From Eledone cirrhosa (taxonomy: Eukaryota), in the NCBI GenBank assembly GCA_964016885.1, contig OZ024744.1, forward strand, positions 59,768,001 through 59,832,000: a DNA stretch of 64,000 nucleotides. The letters are read 5' to 3'. The notes below the pieces were generated by a model. The model searched no databases and had not been told where the DNA came from. It was given only the letters and a program-made list of their open reading frames with translations. Positions within the stretch are counted from its first letter, which is position 1. Each line of letters opens with the position of its first letter. Made by a program: the position numbers and the translations under genes. Below, piece by piece: positions 51,856 through 64,000 of the stretch.

Positions 51856-54800
51856 CCTTCGACCAAATCGCAATTACAACCGTTGTATACAGTGGAGCTA
51901 CGAGCTTAACAAAGAATTATATGAAGCATACAAACAATCTGAACCCCAAAAGTTCGGTTTTATGCAAAGGCTAAAAACTTTATGGAACTCCAAACACCCA
52001 GAATTAGACTTTTCTCCAAAGCATCTAAATGAACAGGCAAAACGTATCATTAGATGTAAATTGATACATCTAACGGAATCGAGTGATACTACAAATACAG
52101 CCCTTGTAGACAACCACCCCACCTCCACTGACAGACAAAGAGAATGGCCGGCTAAATCTAACAGTGAACAGCTCACCAACAATTTTGCTGAAATCCATCC
52201 CACTTCCACTGAAGAACAGCGAGAAAGGTCAGCTGACTCTAGTAGTAAGTGTCACCACATCAACAACGAGGCTGCAATTCATGACTCTACTGAACACACA
52301 GAGCACCAAAAACTTGTGGACACCCTACAAGTGATATGGAACGATATGTTTCAAGAGATACACAGCCTTAATGTGAGTGACAGACCATACAACACTAGAG
52401 TCAGTAAAGAACCCACTAAATTGGAATTGGAAGCGGTGAACGAAATAGCTGGCAATTATCTGAAGGCTATACGATCTAAAGGTGTAGAAACGACATTTGA
52501 AACGCTCAATGTTTTGTTATATGTTTCAGCTGTCACATTGCTATCATATAACACACATCTAAAACCACGCAATCAAGATACAAACAGAAAGCCTGAACCA
52601 GTGTGGATGCGAAATTTAAAAACCAAAATTTTGTCCCTGAGACGAAGTATCTCACACATCGCAGTCGTTATGAAATGCAACATAGAGAGAAACTTCACAC
52701 GACACCAGGAAGACCTAAAGAAAAAGTTAGAGAGACGATTTGGAGATACCAAATTTAAAACTTTGAACTCCAAATTACACCAGTTGAAACAACAACTCAC
52801 AGCTACAACAGAAAGACTAAAATATAAGTCAACAGCACATAAACGACAAGTGCTAAATAGATTGTTTGCCAGAGATCCTAAATCAGTTTATCGCAGCTTC
52901 GGTGGCAAAAGCTCAATCCCTGTAAACGACACCCCTTCAAAAGAACAGGTTGAGAACTACTGGAGATCTGTATGGGAAACGGATGACGGATTCAACAGAC
53001 AAGCTAATTGGCTAAAACAACTGGAACAGGACTACTGCCAACATGTCCAGACAAAACAATATGACATAGATGGGTCAATACTGGAAACAGCTCTACAGAA
53101 AATGTCGAATAGGAAATCGCCAGGCCCAGACCTCATTACAGGATACTGGTTGAAGAATTTCACTTTCTATCGGCAAGATCTCATACGGCTGTTTACAGAA
53201 ACCATTAAGGGCACACAAGAACTGCCCAGATGGTTATCAACTGCCACTACTCTCCTCATTCCCAAAAATAGCCAAACCACCCTTGCTAAAAATTACCGCC
53301 CAATTGCCTGCCAAAACATCATGTATAAATTATATACTGGGTGCCTTAACCTGTTCTTACAGGATCACTGTGCTACCAACAACATCATAACACCTGAGCA
53401 AGCTGGTGGAAAGAGGGAGGTGCGGGGTTGCATAGATCACCTACTAACTAACAAAATGATTCAGGAAAAAACAACAAAGAATCGCAGAAACATGACTGTC
53501 CTGTGGTTGGACTATCAAAAAGCATTTGATAGTGTACCTCATGGGTGGATTATTAAGGCTTTACAGTTAGCTAAAGTCCCACAACCATTAGTAGCTGCTG
53601 TTGAACGCCTGACCAAGAACTGGTACACCAATTTGATCCTTAGAGGTGAGAAGGAGCAGGTTAAGACCGATAGGATACATTACCAGAGGGGCATCTTTCA
53701 GGGTGATAGCTTGTCAGTACTACTCTTCGTTCTCTCACTGACTCCACTATCTTACCTACTCAGGAAACAAGGTGGACAAAGAAGTGGGCCCAGAAGTATC
53801 TCCCATCTTTTCTTTGTTGATGACCTGAGGTTGTATGGGCCAAATATCAATGACATCAAGAAACAATTGGACCTCATTACACAATTTTCAACCGACATCA
53901 AAATGAAATTTGGTGAGTCCAAGTGTGCATATTTGGCAGTAAAACGTGGAAGAGCTGTGCCCTCCTCTAGAAATCTAGATATGAACGGCCTGACAATACA
54001 ACCTCTGCAGTCAGGTGACAACTACAGATATCTTGGACAGGATGAGAATGTCAGATATGATGGACCCATAAATAAGGAGAGAACCAGAACTGAATACCTC
54101 AGAAGAGTAAAGAAAATATGGTCATCAGAACTGTCAGCATACAACAAATACATTGCCCACAATACCTATGCTGTGCCAATTCTAACGCCAACATTTGGCC
54201 TACTGAACTGGTCATTGCAAGAACTAAGTGAGATGGATGTTAGAACTCGTAAACTTCTCAGTGTTACTGGGAACTTTAACATCAATGGTGATGTGGATAG
54301 GCTATACTTCTCACGCAAGGAAGGTGGCCGGGGTCTAAAATCAATATTAACAACATATGAGACCCGGATAGTAACACTGAAGCAACACCTTCAACAGAGG
54401 AAAAAGGTTGGCGACCATCTTGCTCAGGTTTATGAGCATGAAAAAAGAAATATCATTAGAATAGCGACTGATCTGGAGGAGAGATATGGAATAAAGCCTG
54501 ATATAAATCTCTCACCCAGAGAAATCGGAAGATCCTATTCAATGTTCAAACAAGAAAAAAAAATTGACCAATTTACAGAGAAAGTTGTGCATGGATACTT
54601 GAGGCGTAAAACACAGACCATAGAGGGGATAAACCACTCAAAAAGCCTGGCATGGAGTTCCGACAAGTTTATGACATCACACCTTGAGGGATATCTCTAT
54701 GCAATACAGGAACAAGAACTCCCTACCAAATATCTGCTGCACAAAAGAGGAGGGCCAGCAGCTGACAATAAATGTAGGCTATGTAAAACAAAGATCGAGG

Positions 54801-55345
54801 ATGTAAGCCACATTGTTGCCAGCTGCGAAAGAATGTCATCTCGCTACTACCTCCCCATGAGACACGATGGGATAGCTAGAACTATCTGGAACGCACTTCG
54901 GAAAACAAAATTAACAACAAACGAGGAAGAATATATTGAGACAGATGGCACTAAGGAATACTGGTGGAACCTGAAAATAAAAACTGCCACCAAATTAAAG
55001 CACAACCGGCCTGATATTGTAGTTTGGGACCACACATTGAAAACGTGTTCTGTTGTGGAGATCAGCTGCCCACTTGATGTAAACGTTGTCAGAAAAATAC
55101 AGGAGAATGAGGACATCTACGGACCATTGATGAGGAGCTTACAAATCCAGTATCCAAGATACACCTTTAGCTTCATACCCATCATTATTGGTGCTACGGG
55201 TTATATACCAACCCGCTTGGACCAAAGTATGACCGAACTTGGATTTGCGGACAAAAAGCGCAGCTCCCTAAATCATAGTCTACAAATGGCTGCGATAGCT
55301 GGCACCTTCAAAATATGCAAAACATTCTTGCGATTCAAGGGATGA
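51856..55345 (+). CDS. RT-CCHC-restriction-like endonuclease polyprotein (~1160 open codons, native start missing)
   Basis: Motifs KSPGPD, NYRPIAC, WLDYQKAFD, RGIFQGDSLS, FFVDD, CRLC...SHIVASC, RHD and RPDIVV...VEISC. The first ~175 aa of the called 1338-aa ORF are microsatellite read-through. Confidence 0.9.
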
Positions 55346-55426
55346 CAATTTCTTTTCTTTTACAACCTTGCCACCAGGAAGGTGGCCGGTCAAAAAAATA
55401 TACTCGAAATTAAGAGAAAGAGAAAA
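51856..55426 (+). mobile_element. R4/Dong-type TACA family A, long young copy lacking only the 5' end
   Basis: (TACA)n on both sides, a single open frame and an ~80-bp 3'UTR. Confidence 0.93.
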
Positions 55427-55464
55427 CATACATACATACATACATACATACATACATACATACA

Positions 55465-56044
55465 TGATGGCTGCCTCCACGCCATCGAGTATGGCCATTG
55501 CACGATATATCATTATTAATAATTATTAATTAATACTATGGGTTATTTATTAATTAATTCTTGGGCGGTGAATTGGCAGTATCGGTAGAGGGTCGGACGC
55601 CATGCTTTCCAGCATAGAGTTACGGCCCTTGCCATTCTGAGTTCAAATCCCGCCGAGGTTAACTTTGCCTTTCATCCTTACGGGGTCAATAAAATAAAGT
55701 ACCAGTAATGTACTGGGTATTTGCTGGCCTTGTGCCAATAGTAGAAACAATTATTAAGTAATTCTATCGTGCAATGCCTGTGCGTGAAGATATTTTTTAA
55801 AGTGAGGAAAGACTGTGCACTGAGCCAATCCCACTCTCTGAGCGACAGTAGCTATAACCCGAAAAGAAGAAAAGATCAACATCATCGGTAACTACTGAGC
55901 CGCAGGTTTTATATCGGAGTTATCCCAGTTTCCTGAGTTGCCTTCTCCTAGAAGAATGCCCTGACAAAGGCTAGGGGTCCTTCACTCCCAGTGGTTTAAC
56001 CGCGCGATCGGGTGTCCAGCCCGACTATTTCTATGTCCCTGCGC
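55465..56044 (-). mobile_element. Short non-autonomous RTE derivative (5'UTR-like segment plus RTE 3' end), interrupted by a SINE
   Basis: Its 3' end GGCCATACTCG...GCAGCCATCAT(GTAT)n matches the RTE ends. It shares AGCCTTTGTCA..TCTAGGAGAAGG.AACTC with 56500-57095. Confidence 0.7.
55562..55752 (+). mobile_element. tRNA-derived SINE (well-preserved copy)
   Basis: TGGCAGTATCGG A-box, GAGTTCAAATCCC B-box and conserved core. Confidence 0.88.
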
Positions 56045-56107
56045 ATATATACATACATACATACACACACATACATTTATACATACATAAGTACATACAT
56101 ACATACA

Positions 56108-56411
56108 TTAGGAAATTACAAATACAATCCGTTAATGGATCAGTAAAAATATGTAAAACATTCCAAACGTTTTGCATCTAATAACTGCATATACACATGT
56201 ACAGATGCAAAGCATATACACATGCACACATACAACTCAAATCATACATATCCACACTTACAATAACATCCATATCTACACATGCAGACATGCAGACATA
56301 ATCTACCAAGTTGATGTTGTGTAAATTCCAATGAGTGAGTCTTGTGTCTATGTTAGAAACCGACTCTCTCTCTATTGGTAAAACTTTGTGAAATTATAAA
56401 ACCAGAAGAAC
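56108..56411 (+). mobile_element. R4/Dong TACA family B short 3' end
   Basis: Matches 50508-50821. (TACA)n on both sides. Confidence 0.88.
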
Positions 56412-56499
56412 ATACATACATACATACATACATACATACATACATACATACATACATACATACATACATACATACATACACACACACATACCTACATAC

Positions 56500-57095
56500 A
56501 TGGCGGCTGCCAACTCGTTTTCGAGTACGGCCACTACTTTATATGCATGTAGTAGAACCCCTACCGATGCGCTGAACGAGTGTGACTTTTTAATCCAGCC
56601 AGCGACTTGAAAACTCTGGTACAAACACTACACTTGTGACAATTATTGTCACATAGTGCTGGGCCCATGGTACCATGTGACGACAAGTGCAGAGAGATCT
56701 CCAGATATAAAGCAATCCCTGTGCCGTGAAGCTTTTATAGTAAGCAAAGGCACTGCACAAAGCCAGTCCTACTCTCTTAACCAAGATGATATTTACAAGT
56801 CAACATCATTGGATACCATCAGGGTTGCAGGTGTTATATCAGAGTTTTCCTTCTCCTAGAATTCTGCCTTGACAAAGGCTAAGGGGTCATCTCTCCCGGT
56901 GATTTAGGATGGCCATTGACTCTTAAGAGGTCCTTTGCCCTTTGACAGGTTTTGTTTTTAGTCCTGCAGGATGTCCAAAGTCACCCTCCTCACCAAGAAA
57001 CCTTGGTGGGGTTGCCAGTTCAGTCGCCAACGACACGACCATGAGTCAGGTTGTACTGGGATACATGTTACCAGTAGCACCAACTGGTGACCTGA
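56500..57095 (-). mobile_element. Internally deleted RTE (5'UTR, last zinc finger and 3'UTR)
   Basis: The minus strand encodes HKCSVC../FKSLAGLKSHTRSAHR*, like KSLAGLKSHIRATHI* at 15.75 kb. It has the RTE 3' motif and (ATGT)n at both ends. Confidence 0.78.
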
Positions 57096-57212
57096 CATAT
57101 ACACACATACATACATACATACATACATACATACATACATACATACATACATACATACATACATACATACATACATACATACATACATACATACATACAT
57201 ACATACATACAT

Positions 57213-59211
57213 ACATAGATCACCTACTAACTAACAAAATGATTCAGGAAAAAACAACAAAGAATCGCAGAAACATGACTGTCCTGTGGCTGGACTATCA
57301 AAAAGCATTTGATAGTGTACCTCATGGGTGGATTATTAAGGCTTTACAGTTAGCTAAAGTCCCACAACCATTAGTAGCTGCTGTTGAACGCCTGACCAAG
57401 AACTGGTACACCAATTTGATCCTTAGAGGTGAGAAGGAGCAGGTTAAGACTGATAGGATACATTACCAGAAGGGCATCTTTCAGGGTGATAGCTTGTCAG
57501 TACTACTCTTCGTTCTCTCACTGAATCCACTATCTTACCTACTCAGGAAACAAAGTGGACAAAGAAGTGGGCCCAGAAGTATCTCCCATCTTTTCTTTGT
57601 TGATGACCTGAGGTTGTATGGGCCAAATATCAATGACATCAAGAAACAATTGGACCTCATTACACAATTTTCAACCGACATCAAAATGAAATTTGGTGAG
57701 TCCAAGTGTGCATATTTGGCAGTAAAACGTGGAAGAGCTGTGCCCTCCTCTAGAAATCTAGAGATGAACGGCCTGACAATACAACCTCTGCAGTCAGGTG
57801 ACAACTACAGATATCTTGGACAGGATGAGAATGTCAGATATGATGGACCCATAAATAAGGAGAGAACCAGAATTGAATACCTCAGAAGAGTAAAAAAAAT
57901 ATGGTCATCAGAACTGTCAGCATACAACAAATACATTGCCCACAATACCTATGCTGTGCCAATTCTAACGCCAACATTTGGCCTACTGAACTGGTCATTG
58001 CAAGAACTAAGTGAGATGGATGTTAGAACTCGTAAACTTCTCAGTGTTACTGGGAACTTTAACATCAATGGTGATGTGGATAGGCTATACTTCTCACGCA
58101 AGGAAGGTGGCCGGGGTCTAAAATCAATATTAACAACATATGAGACCCGGATAGTAACACTGAAGCAACACCTTCAACAGAGGAAAAAGGTTGGCGACCA
58201 TCTTGCTCAGGTTTATGAGCATGAAAAAAGAAATATCATTAGAATAGCGACTGATCTGGAGGAGAGATATGGAATAAAGCCTGATATAAATCTCTCACCC
58301 AGAGAAATCGGAAGATCCTATTCAATGTTCAAACAAGAAAAAAAAATTGACCAATTTACAGAGAAAGTTGTGCATGGATACTTGAGGCGTAAAACACAGA
58401 CCATAGAGGGGATAAACCACTCAAAAAGCCTGGCATGGAGTTCCGACAAGTTTATGACATCACACCTTGAGGGATACCTCTATGCAATACAGGAACAAGA
58501 ACTCTCTACCAAATATCTGCTGCACAAAAGAGGAGGGCCAGCAGCTGACAATAAATGTAGGCTATGTAAAACAAAGATCGAGGATGTAAGCCACATTGTT
58601 GCCAGCTGCGAAAGAATGTCATCTCGCTACTACCTCCCCATGAGACACGATGGGATAGCTAGAACTATCTGGAACGCACTTCGGAAAACAAAATTAACAA
58701 CAAACGAGGAAGAATATATTGAGACAGATGGCACTAAGGAATACTGGTGGAACCTGAAAATAAAAACTGCCACCAAATTAAAGCACAACCGGCCTGATAT
58801 TGTAGTTTGGGACCACACATTGAAAACGTGTTCTGTTGTGGAGATCAGCTGCCCACTTGATGTAAACGTTGTCAGAAAAATACAGGAGAAGGAGGACATC
58901 TACGGACCATTGATGAGGAGCTTACAAATCCAGTATCCAAGATACACCTTTAGCTTCATACCCATCATTATTGGTGCTACGGGCTATATACCAACCCGCT
59001 TGGACCAAAGTATGACCGAACTTGGATTTGCGGACAAAAAGCGCAGCTCCCTAATTCATAGTCTACAAATGGCTGCGATAGCTGGCACCTTCAAAATATG
59101 CAAAACATTCTTGCGATTCAAGGGATGACAATTTCTTTTCTTTTACAACCTTGCCACCAGGAAGGTGGCCGGTCAAAAAAAAATATACTCGAAATTAAGA
59201 GAAAGAGAAAA
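57213..59211 (+). mobile_element. R4/Dong TACA family A, 5'-truncated within RT (open frame to 59128)
   Basis: Near-identical to ~53431-55426. (TACA)n on both sides. Confidence 0.93.
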
Positions 59212-59303
59212 CATACATACATGCATACATACATACATACATACATACATACATACATACATACATACATACATACATACATACATACATACATACATAC
59301 ACA

Positions 59304-60003
59304 TACCAAATATCTGCTGCACAAAAGAGGAGGGCCATCAGCTGACAATAAATGTAGGCTATGTAAAACAAAGATCGAGGATGTAAGCCACATTGTTGCC
59401 AGCTGCCAAAGAATGTCATGTCGCTACTACCTCCCCATGAGACACGATGGGATAGCTAGAACCATCTGGAACGCACTTCGGAAAACAAAATTAACAACAA
59501 ACGAGGAAGAATATATTGAGACAGATGGCACTAAGAAATACTGGTGGAACCTGAAAATAAAAACTGCCACCAAATTAAAGCACAACTGGCCTGATATTGT
59601 TGTTTGGGACCACACATTGAAAACGTGTTCTGTTGTGGACATCAGCTGCCCACTTGATGTAAACGTTGTCAGAAAATACAGGAGAATGAGGACATCTACG
59701 GACCATTGATGAGGAGTTTACAAATCCAGTATCCAAGATACACCTTTAGCTTCATACCCATCATTATTGGAGCTACGGGTTATATACCAACCCGCTTGGA
59801 CCATTGTATAATTCAACTTGGATATGCGAACAAAGAGCGCAGCTCCCTAATTCATAGTCTACAAATTGCTGCGACAGCTGGCACCTTCATAATTTGCAAA
59901 ATATTCGTGCGATTCAAGGGATGACGATTTCCTTTCTTTTACAACCTTGCCACCAGGAAGGTGGCCGGTCAAAAATATACTCGAAATTAAGAGAAAGAGA
60001 GAA
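59304..60003 (+). mobile_element. R4/Dong TACA family A 3' fragment (CCHC-RLE, frameshifted)
   Basis: Homologous to ~54724-55426. (TACA)n on both sides. Confidence 0.9.
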
Positions 60004-60157
60004 CATACATACATACGTACGTATCTACGTACGTACATACATACATACATACATACATACATACATACATACATACATACATACATACATACAAGCACAC
60101 ATACACCTTACATACGTACATACATACATGCATACATACATACACACATACATACAT

Positions 60158-62385
60158 AAGCAGCTGGAAAGAAAGGGGTTTGGGGATGTGCTGAACAACT
60201 CCTAATCAACAAAACTGCGATGTCGGAGGTGCAACAACTTAGGAGGAATATGACTACAGTCTGGCCGGACTACAAGAAAGCTTTCGATTCTGTTCCCCAC
60301 TCTTATATGATAAAGGCCCTGCAACTTGCTAAAGTCCCAGACATTATTGTCAGAGCCATAGAGAGGCTGTCTTCCTCTTGGGCTAATATCCTAAGGTTAA
60401 AGACAGAGAGGGAGGACTCTATTTTCACTGATAAAATAAAATATTGCAGGTGTATATTTCAGGGGGACAGTCTCTCTGTGATATTACTCATCTTGTCATT
60501 AAATCCCTTGTCCTTTCTGCTCAAGAAATGTGAGGGATACACCAGGAGGACAGAAATACGAACCTAACCCATAATTTCTTTGTGGACGATCTGAAACTCT
60601 ATGCCAAGAACATGGATGGGATGAAGAAAAATCTTGACCTGGTTACAACGTTCTCAAAGGATATAGGAATGGAGTTTGGCCAAGATAAATGCTCATACAT
60701 GACTGTAAAGCGGGGAAAACCAACGACCCAATCTAGCAACATTGTCATCAATGGCCTAACTGTTTCACCGATATCTGATGAGGACTGCTACAGATACCTG
60801 GGGATAGATAAGAACATATCCTATAATGGTATCTGTAATAAAGAACGCGTAACCAGGGAATACTACACCCGATTAAGAAAGATTTGGTCATCGAAACTCT
60901 CTGCGCAAAACAATACAGTGGCTCACAATGTGTTTGCTGTGTCTGTCCTAACACCAACGTTTGGAATACTCAATTGGACGATAGACGAAATCCGAGCAGT
61001 TGATGTTGGAACTCGAAAAATACTGAACAACACCGGAAACTTCCACATCAACAGTGACATAGACCGCCTTCACTTGAAACGTAAGCAGGGAGGCAGAGGC
61101 CTAACATCAGTCCAGACAGCAGTTGAATGTCGCATCGTATCTCTCCGACAACATCTACGAACCTCGAAGCGTAGGAGCCCGTTTCTCGAGCAAGTCTATC
61201 TGCATGAAACAGATAAGATAATGAGAGTTGGGAAGGAACTCCTCGAGTGATATTCCCTGTGTGATAATCAAAAACTCACACCCAAGGATGTCGCTCAGCA
61301 GTATCGCAGTGAATCCATGGATGAAAAACTGCATGCTTATCAGCAAAAAATCATGCATGGATATGTTGCCAGGAAGCTCCAGAGTGAGAGTAATATAGAT
61401 AAGGAAAGTAGTCTATCTTGAACCAACAACTGCTATATGGGCTCCCACTTTCAAGGATACGCTTTTGCAATCAAAGAACAGGAGATTAACACGAAATACC
61501 TGATTCACAAAAGAGATAGAGATGCAAGCAAAACACCTAGATGTGATAACAAGTGCAGACTCTGCAGAACTACCATCGAGGATATCACCCATGTCATCAG
61601 CAGCTGTCCAAAGATGTCATCGCGGTACTATCTACCTATGAGGCATTATGTAGTGGCCAAAACACTGTACAATGCAGTTCGTAAAAAAGATAGCCCCGAT
61701 AAAAAGCTACATTAAAAGCTACAGTGGAAGACATCCATGTACATAATATGAAAGAGTACTGGTGGAATGTTCCAGTAAAACCCCCAATAAAACCCCCAAT
61801 AAAATGCAGGCATAACAGACCAGTTATTATGATATGGGATAGGGAGAAGAAAGCATGTACAGTAGTGGAAATTAGCTGCCCAGCAGATGCCAATATAATA
61901 TTAAAGATTAGTGAAAAGGGGAATATTTATGCAGAACTGATGAGAAATCTGCAGATACTCCATCCTGATTACACCTTCAGATTTATGCCTGTGATTATTG
62001 GGGCACTGGGGTATGTTAGTAACTGCCTCAATACAAATCTTGAGAAGCTAGGCTTCACAGGAACAGAAAGAACACAACTAGTTAAGAAATTACAAGTACA
62101 ATCCATTAATGGAACAGTAAAAATATGTAAAACATTCCAAAGACTTTGCATCTAATAACTGCATATACACATGTACAGATACAAAGCATATACACATGCA
62201 CACATACATCTCAAAATTTACACATCCCCATATACAATAACATCCATGCATATCTACACATGCATACATACATATCTACCTAGTTGATGTTGTGTAAATT
62301 CCAAATGAGAGAGTCCTGTGTCTATGTTAGAAACTGACTCTCTCTCTATTGGTAAAACTTTGTCAAATTATAAAACCAGAAGAAC
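60158..62385 (+). mobile_element. R4/Dong TACA family B, 5'-truncated and degenerate
   Basis: KAFDSVPH, IFQGDSLS, VDDLKLY, CRLC..THVISSC and VEISCP, plus the family B 3'UTR. Confidence 0.9.
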
Positions 62386-62789
62386 ATTTCCACTGCTTGG
62401 TTCTGACTGTGTGTTCTCATACATACATATATACATATACACTTACATACATGTATGTGTGTGAATGTCTAAGCACTATAGAATCGTTTCCTTTTGTTTG
62501 TACGTTTTATTAATGTTATTTTTTTTTAGATGTAAAATATACTTATGCGTGGATGTTTTTGGTAAACACATTTATAATCTTGCTGCAAAAATGAAGCAAA
62601 CAGTCTTTTTAAGCCCACACAAGAGCAGGAATGGCTTAAAGGAAACTAAGTTTAACTTAGAATGTTTTTATTGGATATTGAACGTTACGGACGTTTCTCA
62701 GATGATTGGCTCAGAGTGGAAATGATTGACTATACACATCTGATGAGTGGAAACTTAGTACATATATATATATATAAGTTCACATTTTC

Positions 62790-63100
62790 GATATGAAAGG
62801 ATTAGAACCAAACCTTGGCATTAAGAGCTACGCCAATACTGCTTCATAGTGCCAAAGTTCCCACCGCTTTGCAGCTAGTGTAAGGACAACATTCTGCAAT
62901 AGCTTGGAGTTCAAATGTCTACAGCTCTTCAATAACTCGCCAAAATCCATGGGAGATCTACACGGAGAGGATGTAACCGTTTTCAAGAGGAACCTCGACA
63001 TTCTGATGTCTAAGAATCCAATGAGCATACATCACTACCAGAAACTCAAATGGAAGCAGGAGTGTCAAACTCCCCCCATTCATCCGATGGCTAACTAAAG
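62790..63100 (+). mobile_element. Degenerate CR1-like LINE 3' fragment
   Basis: Translates FCNSLEFKCLQLFNNSPKSMGDLHGEDVTVFKRNLD, resembling the CR1/L2-group ORF2 C-terminus (FN.LP...FK..LD). Confidence 0.55.
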
Positions 63101-63174
63101 AGCGAGGGTTATATAAAATGTTGGCAAAACTGGCCACTGCACAGAAGTTAAAATAGGTTAAAAGAGTAAAAGAG

Positions 63175-63244
<70 letters not shown>

Positions 63245-63391
63245 AATTAAAATACTAGAGTGTGTTGGAGTTAAACACCCTCTTCATATTATAGAAATGA
63301 CAGTATAGGATATAGCTCAATGTAATTAAACAGCCGAAGAATTATAAAAAATAAACCAAAGAAGCCTTCAATACATCAAAAGTCTTTATTA

Positions 63392-63429
63392 GCCAACAAT
63401 GTTTCGTCCTATTAAGGACTCATCATGGC
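63392..63429 (-). ncRNA. Degenerate minimal hammerhead (C3 lost)
   Basis: GCC-AUGAUGA-GUCCU-UAAU-AGGAC-GAAA-CAUUG-UU-GGC followed by AAUAAA. Confidence 0.5.
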
Positions 63430-63819
63430 AAGTAAAGCTACAAGAAGCACTATCGGCCAATACAAGCCAAAAATTCAGAAGAATATGGAGTATACATCTA
63501 TTAAAGCTTAGGAAAGATATCAAGGAAAAGTTGTCTAAGATTAAGAGTGAGCAGTTACAAACATAGATATGGACCAAATAGCAAGGAAGTGATTAACATG
63601 TTGAACCCACACTGCAAATATTGTATAATGCAAAAACTTGAAACACAAATGGTAATATAATGCGAGTATAATATAATATAATAGATGGTGATAATAAAAA
63701 GCTTAATATATGTATATATATACATATATCTCTATACATATACACATTAGTACAAATACAAACTAACACTTATTAAGTATTTAAATATATATATAGGTAT
63801 TGTTTACAGTATAATATAA

Positions 63820-64000
63820 TAAAGATAAAAATAAGAATAAAGATAAAAATAAAAATAAAAATAAAAATAAAAATAAAAATAAAAATAAAAATAAAAATAA
63901 AAATAAAAATAAAAATAAAAATAAAAATAAAAATAAAAATAAAAATAAAAATAAAAATAAAAATAAAAATAAAAATAGAAATAAAAATAAAAATAAAAAT
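63820..64000. repeat. (AAAAAT)n hexamer microsatellite
   Basis: Direct reading. Confidence 0.95.

Noticed and set aside
62737-62800. CTGATGAG followed by a hairpin (possible hammerhead)
   Set aside because: No GAAA directly after the stem and no stem I or III pairing.
63820-64000. Telomere-like terminal repeat
   Set aside because: (AAAAAT)n has no G-rich strand and simply coincides with the window edge.

Overview
This is an AT-rich, microsatellite-dense eukaryotic (metazoan) window. The SINE and LINE families look octopod-cephalopod-like, which is an inference only. No host gene is confidently visible, and almost all interpretable sequence is retroelement. Tx1/L1-clade LINEs (one near full-length copy at 20.4-26.5 kb) and R4/Dong-type RLE LINEs sit in (TAA)n arrays in opposite orientations. 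Two further R4/Dong-type families (one with an uninterrupted ~1160-codon RT-CCHC-RLE frame at 51.9-55.3 kb) and RTE-clade elements with C2H2 fingers sit in (TACA)n arrays, also in opposite orientations. Penelope-like elements and hammerhead-ribozyme repeats sit in (TA)n arrays. The main findings are: (1) a 312-bp x ~5.7 tandem array carrying one type I hammerhead per monomer and ending in a Penelope-style inversion (retrozyme-like); (2) a U3-A8 covariant hammerhead with a branched stem II in 591-bp pseudo-LTRs; and (3) a strand-specific partition of microsatellites among retrotransposon families. tRNA/CORE-type SINEs, TA-flanked MITEs and two minisatellites fill much of the rest. Coordinates were read by eye and may be off by a few bases.
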